Shown here: piece after piece, positions 17,701-27,400 of the stretch
How positions within the stretch are numbered: the first letter of the stretch is position 1
How the letters are laid out: each line of letters opens with the position of its first letter
Virus record (IMG/VR): IMGVR_UViG_3300043426_000266
Span: 62,001 to 126,000 of that record
Reading direction: 5' to 3' (one strand)
Length of the DNA: 64,000 nt
Notes under the pieces: model-generated
What the model was told of the DNA's origin: nothing
Databases searched by the model: none
The model's input: only the letters and a program-made list of their open reading frames with translations
Translations under genes and position numbers: made by a program

Positions 17701-18172
17701 TGAAGATAATAAAGGCATGATGAACGCCGGGGTAAAAACACTCTCTAAAATGCTTCGTGGATTTTGGAGAGATATTGGCTTAAATCATGCACAAATTGCG
17801 CTGCTGATTCAACACTGGTTAGATGATCCTAATAACCAGTATGAAGATGATTTAACTAAAGTTAACAACGCTCGAGGGAATATTCGTAAAGACCTTGAGA
17901 AAGACGATATGACTTGGCGAATCTTTATTCGTAATCTTAGAATATTGCGCCCTGTTGAGATTCGTTTCCTGGTGCGTATTAAATTCCGTAATGATCGTAC
18001 TTTCCGTCAGGTTGCTGTTATGCGCCCTCCTGAGGTTAAGTTTGACAAGGAAGCAATGAAAGCTGTTGAGCTGGATGATCTATTTGATTTAGATGATCCT
18101 AATGACTACGATGATGAGGGTTATCATAAATCTGAATCTGACTTTAATAAATCTGTTTCTAAATCGAAATAA
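17672..18172 (+). CDS. conserved hypothetical protein (phiKZ gp171-like by synteny)
   Basis: ATG 17672 after GAGGT; NARGNIRK.L....MTW..F motif; acidic tail. Confidence 0.6.
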   Translation: MPTKLESLLDEDNKGMMNAGVKTLSKMLRGFWRDIGLNHAQIALLIQHWLDDPNNQYEDDLTKVNNARGNIRKDLEKDDMTWRIFIRNLRILRPVEIRFLVRIKFRNDRTFRQVAVMRPPEVKFDKEAMKAVELDDLFDLDDPNDYDDEGYHKSESDFNKSVSKSK

Positions 18173-18176
18173 AAGT

Positions 18177-18202
18177 AGAAGGGGCAATTGCCCCTTCTCT
18201 TT
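18177..18202 (+). terminator. intrinsic terminator (perfect palindrome)
   Basis: AGAAGGGGC-AATT-GCCCCTTCT followed by CTTT. Confidence 0.75.
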
Positions 18203-18240
18203 AATATGCCATTGGAGGTTTTATCGAAAACGTCATAAAC

Positions 18241-18275
18241 AAACAGCCGCTACTCCCGTAGAGTAGCGGCTGTTT
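18241..18275. other. 15-bp perfect GC-rich inverted repeat
   Basis: AAACAGCCGCTACTC-CCGTA-GAGTAGCGGCTGTTT. Confidence 0.7.
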
Positions 18276-18337
18276 CTCTAGTACTAGGTTGTGAGTTGTG
18301 TCTCTCAAACCAACACCCACTTTTACTGGAGATAATA

Positions 18338-18526
18338 ATGTACCATTTACTACCTATAAAAATATGCATATTCGTATTATTTGTATTAATGGCTTTAAAT
18401 CGTTGTAGATTTGAGAAAAGATTTCCTTCTAAGAAAGACTTATTTGATATAATCTTAGCAGGGGTTGAGATCCATCTTTTAGATAACTTAACTGGGATGC
18501 TTATCTTTATGCTTAGACTACGTTAA
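18338..18526 (+). CDS. small membrane protein
   Basis: 62 aa from ATG 18338 after GGAG; hydrophobic N- and C-termini. Confidence 0.6.
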   Translation: MYHLLPIKICIFVLFVLMALNRCRFEKRFPSKKDLFDIILAGVEIHLLDNLTGMLIFMLRLR

Positions 18527-18557
18527 AAGAAGGGGGTTAACCCCCTTCTTTTTTTTG
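18525..18557 (+). terminator. intrinsic terminator (perfect palindrome)
   Basis: AAAAGAAGGGGG-TTAA-CCCCCTTCTTTT followed by a T tract. Confidence 0.85.
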
Positions 18558-18588
18558 TTTTTCTATGAGATGAATACGGAGAAATAAA

Positions 18589-19743
18589 ATGGCTACGTCA
18601 GTTACCATTGCTAAACCAACATTTGTAACCGGTAAAACGAATCAGTCCCAGGTCGTGGACGTTTATAAAGGGTCTGCTGAATTAAGTTTAGCTCAAAATA
18701 ATATTGTATCTGTTTTATCAGGTATTGGAAGCGACCTTATTGAAGATACAAAGAACGGGGTATTATCAGTATTTAAAGGAGAGAAATTTGTTAAGAATGC
18801 TGGCGCATTATTAGACGATGTTCTTAAAGCTGGTTTAACAGGTAAGTCGGTGAGTGCTGTTTTAAAGAACTATAAAGAGGGTGCTTTAACTTCCGTACTT
18901 AATGCATCTGGTTTAAAAGACATTGAAAAGTTTGGGCGTAGTTTTACCGAAGGTTTAACGCATGGTGTTAAGGACATGGCGTTTGGTTCGGTTAAAGGTT
19001 TTGTTGATCAAGTCGCACCGGGCGTCTTAGATAAAGCTGGAATTAAAAATTATAAGGATGCAAAAACTCTATACGATTCAATCAATAATGAGATTGAAAA
19101 TGGTAAGAGTTTCTCCGAAATATTGATCGGTAATAAGAAGGTAACATTAGGTTTAAGTTCTTTCCTAATGGATACATCTTTGGATATTGTTTCTACTGCA
19201 CTGGGAATCGCTGAACCTTTAGAAAAAGCAAAGGACGTGGTTTTAGATAGCACCATCCTAACAATTGCCGCTAAGTCATTAATTGCTGAAAACGATCCCG
19301 ATATGGTTGATTATATTTTCTCATCCATTGGTGATCCAGAATTAAAGAAAATGTTTGTTGCCCAGAGCACAACAGATGCCGTCTCAAGCGGTAGTTTTAA
19401 TTACGTTAACGCTGCTGCCGATGCAACCTCTCCTAGTTTTGTAAAGGGGGCTAACCAAACCCCAGTTAGTGATTTTCTATCTAGTATTAAGATAAAGCTA
19501 CCTGGGACTAATCAAGAAATGTTATCAATAGCCGATCAGATAAACAAAGCCGTTGAAACATTAACTGGTAAAAAGGATGAAGATGTTCCGGTTGAAACTT
19601 TCTCTAAAATGTCTGAGGTTGCCTATGAGACAATGATTAGAGAAGGAAAGTATTTAGATCAAATAGCTATAGCAAAAGTTATCAATGTCGGGTTGCCAGA
19701 TGACCTACACAACCCAGCAATACCTTTCTTTGAAATCTACTAA
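18589..19743 (+). CDS. virion structural protein (phiKZ gp174-like by synteny)
   Basis: 384 aa; VDVY motif near the N-terminus; located just before the prohead protease block. Confidence 0.5.
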   Translation: MATSVTIAKPTFVTGKTNQSQVVDVYKGSAELSLAQNNIVSVLSGIGSDLIEDTKNGVLSVFKGEKFVKNAGALLDDVLKAGLTGKSVSAVLKNYKEGALTSVLNASGLKDIEKFGRSFTEGLTHGVKDMAFGSVKGFVDQVAPGVLDKAGIKNYKDAKTLYDSINNEIENGKSFSEILIGNKKVTLGLSSFLMDTSLDIVSTALGIAEPLEKAKDVVLDSTILTIAAKSLIAENDPDMVDYIFSSIGDPELKKMFVAQSTTDAVSSGSFNYVNAAADATSPSFVKGANQTPVSDFLSSIKIKLPGTNQEMLSIADQINKAVETLTGKKDEDVPVETFSKMSEVAYETMIREGKYLDQIAIAKVINVGLPDDLHNPAIPFFEIY

Positions 19744-19754
19744 GGAGAACCACA

Positions 19755-21191
19755 ATGGCTTTAACACCAATGCCAAGTTTACGTCGTAGTATTAAAGCAG
19801 ACGTAAGTAAGAACAAATCATTAAAAGATATTCTACCATCGACAGTTGATGCACTTGAAGTCCTTTCAGTTGAAGAGCTCGATTATCATACTTATAATAC
19901 GAAGACCATAGTCAAGGTTTTAGAAAATGGGGTTGAGAAAGATCGTGTACTTCTTTATGACCGCATGAACTTAAACACCTTGCTTGCAAATGTAACTGCA
20001 GTAGGTAACACTATTGGAGAAATGATTGAAGATCTTAATAGTAAAGGTTATGATTTCACGGTTGATGATTTAGAATTAGTCAATAATAAAATCAAAGCAA
20101 AAGCAACCTCACTGGGCTATTACAATGGCGATCTTCCTCCAACTGACTGTTCTGATAAACTTTACTTTACCCTTCGTGAGAGCAACACCGCACAAGGTAG
20201 CATTGATTATGGTTGTATCGAGGCTTATGCTGGTAAAGTGGTTTGTAATGGTTTCACGTGTAGTCCTGTTGCAGGAAACATGGGTGACCCAGGTATGTTA
20301 AGTTACCTAGGGAATACGGTCCGTGATGCGTTTGGAGGACCTTCTATTCAGCGCGGCTTTGAATTTTCTGTTCCAGGTGATCCAATGTCTGAAATAATTG
20401 ATATGCCGTATTTACAGAACTTCACCAACGACCATCAAATAATTAAGATGTATTACTATTACTACGAAGGTGATGTGTTCCGCGGTGAGGGCGGGGATCT
20501 CAATGAGTTAGTTATCGACGTATTAACTCGTGTATTAACTACAAACCAATTAAACACCACTTTACAGATTACGACGAAACAAGCAACAACTCCTCAAGAA
20601 ATTGAAGAGTGGGATACAGTTGATTCAGCCTCTTGGCGGGCAGTTCTTGGTGGGGTTGCATCTAATAACAAAATGATCACGGAAGTTGCATTCACATTGT
20701 GTCCAAATCCGATATGCATGCCAACCGAAATGGGTGTTCCAGATATTCTTAACAATTCGCGTCCGATCGACGACGGTTTCTGGAAGATGAAATTGCAATT
20801 GGTTAAACCATTAACCAATGAAGTAATTACTGAAACCTTAACCATTACTTCTTCTACTCCTGGTACCGACGAAACAACATTTGCACCTGCAACCGTGGCA
20901 GCAGAATGGTTAGAGAATAAAGGTTTCTCAATAAATTACGGTGGTGGAGGGAAACATCAGTTCTTGAAATACTCGAGAGGTTTCCGAGGTGCAGATGGGT
21001 CAGCCAACGGACCGGGGGATATCCCGGTTATTCTCCGTTTCTTACCAACTGATGATGTTGATCCGTCTAATGACGTATGGCGTAGTGCGCTTCATTTCAT
21101 TCGTAGTGAACAGGGGTTGTTGGTTAAACCTTCACGTGATCAAGGTGTTGAAATTAAGTCTTGTGGTAGTCAAGAATTCGAAGGGATGTAA
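19755..21191 (+). CDS. putative tail fibre/tail-associated protein (conserved N-terminal anchor + variable C-terminus)
   Basis: N-terminal ~125 aa shared with two paralogues in the window; unique C-terminal domain. Confidence 0.55.
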   Translation: MALTPMPSLRRSIKADVSKNKSLKDILPSTVDALEVLSVEELDYHTYNTKTIVKVLENGVEKDRVLLYDRMNLNTLLANVTAVGNTIGEMIEDLNSKGYDFTVDDLELVNNKIKAKATSLGYYNGDLPPTDCSDKLYFTLRESNTAQGSIDYGCIEAYAGKVVCNGFTCSPVAGNMGDPGMLSYLGNTVRDAFGGPSIQRGFEFSVPGDPMSEIIDMPYLQNFTNDHQIIKMYYYYYEGDVFRGEGGDLNELVIDVLTRVLTTNQLNTTLQITTKQATTPQEIEEWDTVDSASWRAVLGGVASNNKMITEVAFTLCPNPICMPTEMGVPDILNNSRPIDDGFWKMKLQLVKPLTNEVITETLTITSSTPGTDETTFAPATVAAEWLENKGFSINYGGGGKHQFLKYSRGFRGADGSANGPGDIPVILRFLPTDDVDPSNDVWRSALHFIRSEQGLLVKPSRDQGVEIKSCGSQEFEGM

Positions 21192-21198
21192 TAAGTTA

Positions 21199-21227
21199 AG
21201 AGGCTCCCCTAGGGGAGCCTTCTTTTT
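21199..21227. terminator. bidirectional terminator (perfect palindrome)
   Basis: AGGCTCCC-CTAG-GGGAGCCT between convergent genes. Confidence 0.8.
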
Positions 21228-22008
21228 ACCAGCCTAGTGAGGTTGGGCGTTGTTTTAAATAATTCGAGTTGTAAGTACGACGACGTTTTGGTGAATTAAG
21301 AATTTCGTTAATCACTGCCAATGCGCCAGCATCTTCCATTGCCATTGAATTAGAACAACGAATTTCAGTTCGCGCCATAATCAATTCTTTTTCTGAAACT
21401 TCAACCGAATCAAAAGACTCAAGTGCTGGGGATTTGTATTTCTGCGCAACTTTCAATCCAGGATAAACCACAAAGTCCCAAGTAATGATTGAGGTTAAAT
21501 TACGGTTTAATTTACCAGATGCATTCGGCACGTCATCCGTCGCAGCACGAATACTAAAGCATACGTTCTGATCAGGATTGGCTAACATCTTGTCAAACTC
21601 AGATGCCTTAGGACCAACACCTTTCACCCAACCAATTACTGAAACGACGGTGTTGCCGTCATCATCTTTCACTTCATTTTCAGAAATTTCAATTTTCTTA
21701 ATATGAAATGCGATGTTTGCCTCATCTACAATTGAACAACGTTTGATGTAGTTGGATAATACTTGCCCAGGTTGACGCTTAGGGTGCCCCCATTCACCGT
21801 ATAGATTACCTGAGGTGATATTACGCATCAATGTAGATGATTCGGTAAACAAGTGCTGAGCAGCTTTAAATGGGTATACATTTCCCTGCGGGTTTGGAAT
21901 ATCAAACCCACCAAGTACAACCTTGTAATAACCATTCTCGTCTGGTTCTAGTTTACCAACTTTATTCGATCCACTGAGTGCAGTGCACTGTAGCGTAAAA
22001 GTACGCAT
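21226..22008 (-). CDS. prohead (head maturation) serine protease, phiKZ gp175-like
   Basis: GEWGHP (His), CFSIR (Ser), TWDFV (Asp); C-terminal SPALE|S and SMAME|D autocleavage-type motifs. Confidence 0.88.
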   Translation of the reverse strand: MRTFTLQCTALSGSNKVGKLEPDENGYYKVVLGGFDIPNPQGNVYPFKAAQHLFTESSTLMRNITSGNLYGEWGHPKRQPGQVLSNYIKRCSIVDEANIAFHIKKIEISENEVKDDDGNTVVSVIGWVKGVGPKASEFDKMLANPDQNVCFSIRAATDDVPNASGKLNRNLTSIITWDFVVYPGLKVAQKYKSPALESFDSVEVSEKELIMARTEIRCSNSMAMEDAGALAVINEILNSPKRRRTYNSNYLKQRPTSLGW

Positions 22009-22020
22009 GAAGTTGTCCTC

Positions 22021-22773
22021 TTAAATTCGAAGTAAACGTTCGATGTCTTCTAACTTCTCTGATTCTTTCGCAAGAGAAGAAGTTACCCCCGTCTCAAAGT
22101 AAGAACCCATCATTTTAGACAGTGTGTTTGTCGCCCCTAATTGAATATTTCTTAGAGGGATAAAAGAGTAGTTACCGTCTGGATTTTCACGGTAATACTT
22201 AGTTCTATCCTGAGCTGACCTGGTGATAGATGAGATAATCATCTCCAGGGATACATTATTTTTACCGAGTGTTAAATCGGCAAAACTTGATGTTTCATCT
22301 AGATAAAATAAAAAATCCACATCGGAGAAATAAAATGGTACATTCCCTTTAGCGATTTCTTCGTTAAAGAGATTATAAACCAAGGTACTCTGTTGAAAAA
22401 GCCGAGTGTCTTCTAAAACAATTGAATTGGGTTCAAAGTAAAATTCGAAGTATTCCTCATCTCCTATTTTTACTCGTTTGCGGGAGTCAGGTCGAATCTC
22501 ACACATTGCAGGTAGATTCGCTACTGCGTAGCTATCTCCAGTCACAATCGCGTAATTCGACATTACCTTAACTGTATCCCCAACAATTGCCAACCCTACA
22601 GTAACAAAACGATAGGGGATGTAAAGATAGGCCTTAGTCTTTGTGGTGATTTTTGTTTTATCATCACTTTTTAATTGACCAAGCTGAGCATTTACTTTCC
22701 CCGCATCGCGTTTGATTTTATTACCGAAGCGGGTTTCTAACCAGGATTCGAATAATAAAACATTACCACCCAT
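22021..22773 (-). CDS. phiKZ gp176-like protein (virion RNAP-associated)
   Basis: Synteny between the protease and gp177-like gene; the ATG overlaps the upstream stop. Confidence 0.65.
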   Translation of the reverse strand: MGGNVLLFESWLETRFGNKIKRDAGKVNAQLGQLKSDDKTKITTKTKAYLYIPYRFVTVGLAIVGDTVKVMSNYAIVTGDSYAVANLPAMCEIRPDSRKRVKIGDEEYFEFYFEPNSIVLEDTRLFQQSTLVYNLFNEEIAKGNVPFYFSDVDFLFYLDETSSFADLTLGKNNVSLEMIISSITRSAQDRTKYYRENPDGNYSFIPLRNIQLGATNTLSKMMGSYFETGVTSSLAKESEKLEDIERLLRI

Positions 22774-24205
22774 TTGTAACCGTCGCAACAGTTACATTTT
22801 TAACTAACCATTGAGCAATGAGCTGACGAGTAACCTCAGCTGCAGCACGGCGATAAACCTCAGGGTCATCACCTACCTCCACCTCTTTTGCGTCCAATGT
22901 ATCAATAATGAACCGCGCATTTGTTTGTTCAGGATACAGTGTATCAAAAACAATTCGTTTGATGGATGTAGGTAACCGGTCTAAGTCTGTTAAATAGAAG
23001 TTAGAAGTCGTTCTGGTCAAACGTTTTTGCATTTCACCTTTTGTGCCTGCACCTTCTGGAATAACTTCCAATTCATCAATGATTTTAGAAATAGATTTAC
23101 GAATCGCTGATGTCATCAATGTGAGTTTGTTTACATTGTTTTTCGAATGAATATTTTCTAACTGAGTCTCCCAAATCTTTTCAAGCTTTGCCTTATTATC
23201 CAAAATTGAATTATAAGCAAACGATTGATTTGAAACGACTGCCGCTAGGACTGCCTCAGGAGAACCACCCTCATCAAGGAACTTATCATACACCGCACGG
23301 TTAACGTAGATCTTACGCTCTGAACCATAACCTAAAACGGTTTGAATAAGTTCTTTATCTTCAATTGAACGTTCAATTGAGCGAATGTGGCGGTAGATAA
23401 CGGCACCTAAACCACCACGTAATGTTTTCAGATGATTAACGACCACACCTACAGTTCCATTAACACCATCCGGTAGATCATTCTCTAAACCGAGGGTTAA
23501 GAAATACATAAGTAAATATGCAATCGTTTTGGTCTTTTCATAACCACGATCAGTAGTTAACGATAAATCTGAGAAACCATCTTTAGTGAAGTAATGCTTG
23601 TATGATTCAATAAGTATTTCCAAATCATTAACATCTGCAACTTCCGCAATAAGTTCATTCAGCTCATCATCGCCGGTGTTGATGCGCCGCCGAATTTCCG
23701 CCGGGGTTAATTCAGGGAAAACCAATAAAGTTTTGATGTTTGTGATCGGCGCAACCTTGTAACGTTCAAAGAGATTTTCAATTTTCTGATTTAACAAGAT
23801 TTTTGGAACATCACTCTGAACGAGTTCAAACCCGTGAGCAGCATCAGAAAAACATTTTTCCATATCACCCTGTAGTTCATCAAAGACGCGAGCAATAGTA
23901 GGTTTAATGATGTTCTTTGCTACTTCTAAATCTTTGGTAATACCCTTCAAAACCAAATCCGCAGTCCACTCCATCTTTTCGTCATGAAGCGACTCTGCGC
24001 CTTGTGCCCGACCAATAAGACGGCTTGCACCACCAATTACTTCTAGGTATTGATTTGGTTGTAGACCAACCTGGCTACTCACACCGTTAAAAGTAGAACT
24101 TAACAACCCAATAGGTGTGCCATCACGAGGTTCTAAAACAATGTTTGCTTGTTTGAGCTGATCAGCAACACGCGTTGCAATGAGAATGTGATTATCATTA
24201 ATCAT
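22763..24205 (-). CDS. phiKZ gp177-like virion head protein
   Basis: 480 aa; synteny in the protease-vRNAP operon. Confidence 0.6.
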   Translation of the reverse strand: MINDNHILIATRVADQLKQANIVLEPRDGTPIGLLSSTFNGVSSQVGLQPNQYLEVIGGASRLIGRAQGAESLHDEKMEWTADLVLKGITKDLEVAKNIIKPTIARVFDELQGDMEKCFSDAAHGFELVQSDVPKILLNQKIENLFERYKVAPITNIKTLLVFPELTPAEIRRRINTGDDELNELIAEVADVNDLEILIESYKHYFTKDGFSDLSLTTDRGYEKTKTIAYLLMYFLTLGLENDLPDGVNGTVGVVVNHLKTLRGGLGAVIYRHIRSIERSIEDKELIQTVLGYGSERKIYVNRAVYDKFLDEGGSPEAVLAAVVSNQSFAYNSILDNKAKLEKIWETQLENIHSKNNVNKLTLMTSAIRKSISKIIDELEVIPEGAGTKGEMQKRLTRTTSNFYLTDLDRLPTSIKRIVFDTLYPEQTNARFIIDTLDAKEVEVGDDPEVYRRAAAEVTRQLIAQWLVKNVTVATVTNGW

Positions 24206-24207
24206 GA

Positions 24208-24408
24208 TTATACTCCAGCTTCTTTAAAGATACTATTTAGAATATGGGCACCGATTGAATCCGCAAGTGCTTCTTTGGCATCTTGGTTCTGTTCAACATA
24301 GACGTAAGATGGGTCAATGCGCATCATGACTTCTACACCCAATTCGATCATATTCCCTACGATACACGTGTTTGTCGCATGGACATTTTGTTGATTTAAA
24401 TCACTCAT
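24208..24408 (-). CDS. hypothetical small protein
   Basis: 66-aa ORF coupled to both neighbours. Confidence 0.7.
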   Translation of the reverse strand: MSDLNQQNVHATNTCIVGNMIELGVEVMMRIDPSYVYVEQNQDAKEALADSIGAHILNSIFKEAGV

Positions 24409-27400
24409 TGTTTATTACCTCTAAAAATATTGACCACCGACTTAGACCCGGCAACCATGAGATTGTTCGTTGTTCCAATTTTTTCTGGGGATAAAATCAC
24501 ACGGTTTTGAACGGATTGGTAACCAAAGAGTACGTCAATTTCTTGACCTGTTTCAGTTGTTACTTCCTCATCCCAAACTCGCCCAGTAACAGACTTCATC
24601 TGATGACCTAAAACAATCTTAGAACCCGTTCTCATTGGCTGAGAGGTCTCAATTGCTACTCGTATGATACAGCTGTTTGACTCCATAATTACGCCATTAA
24701 CGCGGAATCCAGAATCTACTGAACCATCTTGTCTAGGTTTACCTTGTTCTTTTGCTGCGTTTGATTTTTCCCGGTCTGTCTTCTCCACAATAGCACGTAA
24801 AGATTCCGTCATCTCATCAGGATCACCCGCATAAATCGCTTCTATAGAAACGACCTTTCCTTTCACTTCCGCTGAAGGAGAAATTGAACTTATATCTGCT
24901 AAGATTTCACGAGAGTCGTGAGTGAATAAACGTTCACTTGAGGCTGTTGATAATGTATCCAACAGGCGGCAAAGTTTTGTTTCATACTCCACAGTCTGTC
25001 CAACCTTAATTAGATCTTCAACCTCCTGATTGAAATAAACCAAAATGGTTCTTTCTTCAATAATTGAGGTTTCTAATTTACTCGTAAACTTTGCAGACAT
25101 TTCAGATGAGTCTTCGTAGGTTCCTGAATTCTCAGTGAATGCAGTTCTAGCAAGTAAACCCTGTTTATAACATAATTCTCCAGATACCCAGTTGTATTGA
25201 AAGAACAATGGATTGTAAGTAATTGGCGTGCCTTCTTTAAATTTATCCCCGACTTTTAATTCGGTAATCAATTCATGAGGAACAATTTTACCTTGCCATT
25301 TACCAGAACGTTTACCTAAAGGAAGTCTCTCTTCCTTACCGGTTTTATATTTTATTACGATTACATTTTTCGTAATCTCCTTGACTATCCCTTCTTCTCT
25401 TGCAACAAACGCATAGAGTTTAGAAACTCGGTATGGAATAACTGCCTCATACCCCGTTCTAACAGGAAGTAAAGTTAAACCCACGCAGCTTGTAGTACGG
25501 CTGTTTTGAATTGAGGAGAAGTTTCTCCGTTTAGGGTCATCATATTCAATCCCAGGCGACAAAAGCTCAGTTGTTGCTAGAAGCTTTGTTGCTGGGATAT
25601 CTTTTCGATCTTTCTTATCAACCACGTTTGGTAAACCCAAAACAGATTTAAAATTAGGGTCTGCTGTTAGGTACAAAACCGTTCCCGCATCACCATTATC
25701 AACTGTAGCGTCAGATAAGATCCCTACTGAATTCTCATGATATTTACGAGATTCAGAATTCAGAGTCCGACCATCACGACCACCTGCACCACGGTAAACC
25801 ACAATCTCTTGTTCTTTCAAACTATGGATAGGGTTGGAGTCTTCTACCGGCGCTACTGATTGGTCTTGTAAAACGCTCATCCAAACTGCTTGTGGATTTA
25901 ATTCAATTTTGGAGTTTGCTTTACTTGGTTTGTTGTTGTGTGTACGTGTTGCTTTTACAAGCTCGGCATATGCCATTCCAGCAAAACGCTCATACCCACG
26001 TAAACGAAACCCTACCTCGTCAGTTTGGTCGTCATGCTGATCAATCGTTAGTTTGTCTAACGCTGAAAATAACAGCCCAACAAAGTCAGTGGGTTCACTC
26101 ATCCCAACCAAAACATCTTTAGTAATTGGATCAACCCAAAGGTCTTTGTAGGTATCTAAACCTTTTAGGTAACGCGCTGAGATTTTAAGGTCTAATAAAA
26201 CCGCTCCGTAAACTTCCGGTTTATCAAACTGATAAACCGAGTATTGTTTGATCGTCTCCTGAATCTTTCTTAATCCCCCAAAGATCAACATTGAACGATA
26301 ATCATCACGATTAAATACTAATGTTTCATCGTTGAACTTAATTGCATACTCTTGATCTAAGAGTGCAATCCGAGTACCTTTTGGATGTCTTGTGAACTTG
26401 ACTTTTGAGGTCTCTAGTAAATTACCTAAACCCAGGTAATACCCTAACACAAATGCAAGAGGTAACTCTTCACCTAGGATATTAACTTCAGCCATGTCGA
26501 TAGGGGATTTGGAAATTGGAAACCCAAGGATAGATTCCATTGTACCAATATTAATAAGATCGTTCAAAACAGATGTGTTTGCTTCAAACAACGTACCATC
26601 TTCAGCCATGATAATAATCGAACTACGAGATTTCGACTTACCCACAACGATTTGATTCTTTTTAGCTTGCGCCATTGTGTTAACTAAATCAGCACCATAG
26701 ATCTGATTCATTTTTTCAACATTGAAGTTAAACTCATAATCCCCGATTCCAATCTTAGAAACAATTCGACTTAAAATCGTGAATTTCAAAGGCGCTTTAA
26801 TTTTATTATCGTAGACGTTAGAGAAGTTAATACTAACATCACTACGATCATTCCCCAATCCGATGAGTTGTTTCTCTAACCAACGTTCCTGAGAGTATGC
26901 GGTAAACTCAGAACGACGAACAAAGAATTTAGCAACATACGAGGTCAGCGCAACTTCACGATAATTAATCTTTCTAATAGGAAGGTCAAATCGCTGGGCT
27001 CTCATGCGGGATTTTACACCACCAGCCATGAAGTTACCATCCTCGTCAACAATTGGGATTTTAATCTTCACCGTTGACTCTTGACCTTCAAGTGGAACTA
27101 GTTTAAAGCTATGGATTTCAAATGCGTCAAATGCATTTTCGAAACGAGTCACTTTATAATCAGTAACACAAACCCCGTTGCGTTGAAGGTTAATACCAAT
27201 GGACATCATGTGTCTTGGTAAAATCTCGGTGGTATATTTCTTTGTTAAAAGATCTAACGAGGAACATAACATTGATTTATCTAAAACGCTTTTAGAATTA
27301 GACATGAGTTGAGTTTGGTCAGGTAAGAGTAAGTCTACTGGATTGATGTTAATAATCTCTGGAGCACTCTTATTTCCACCGTACGGATCTTTTATACTTT

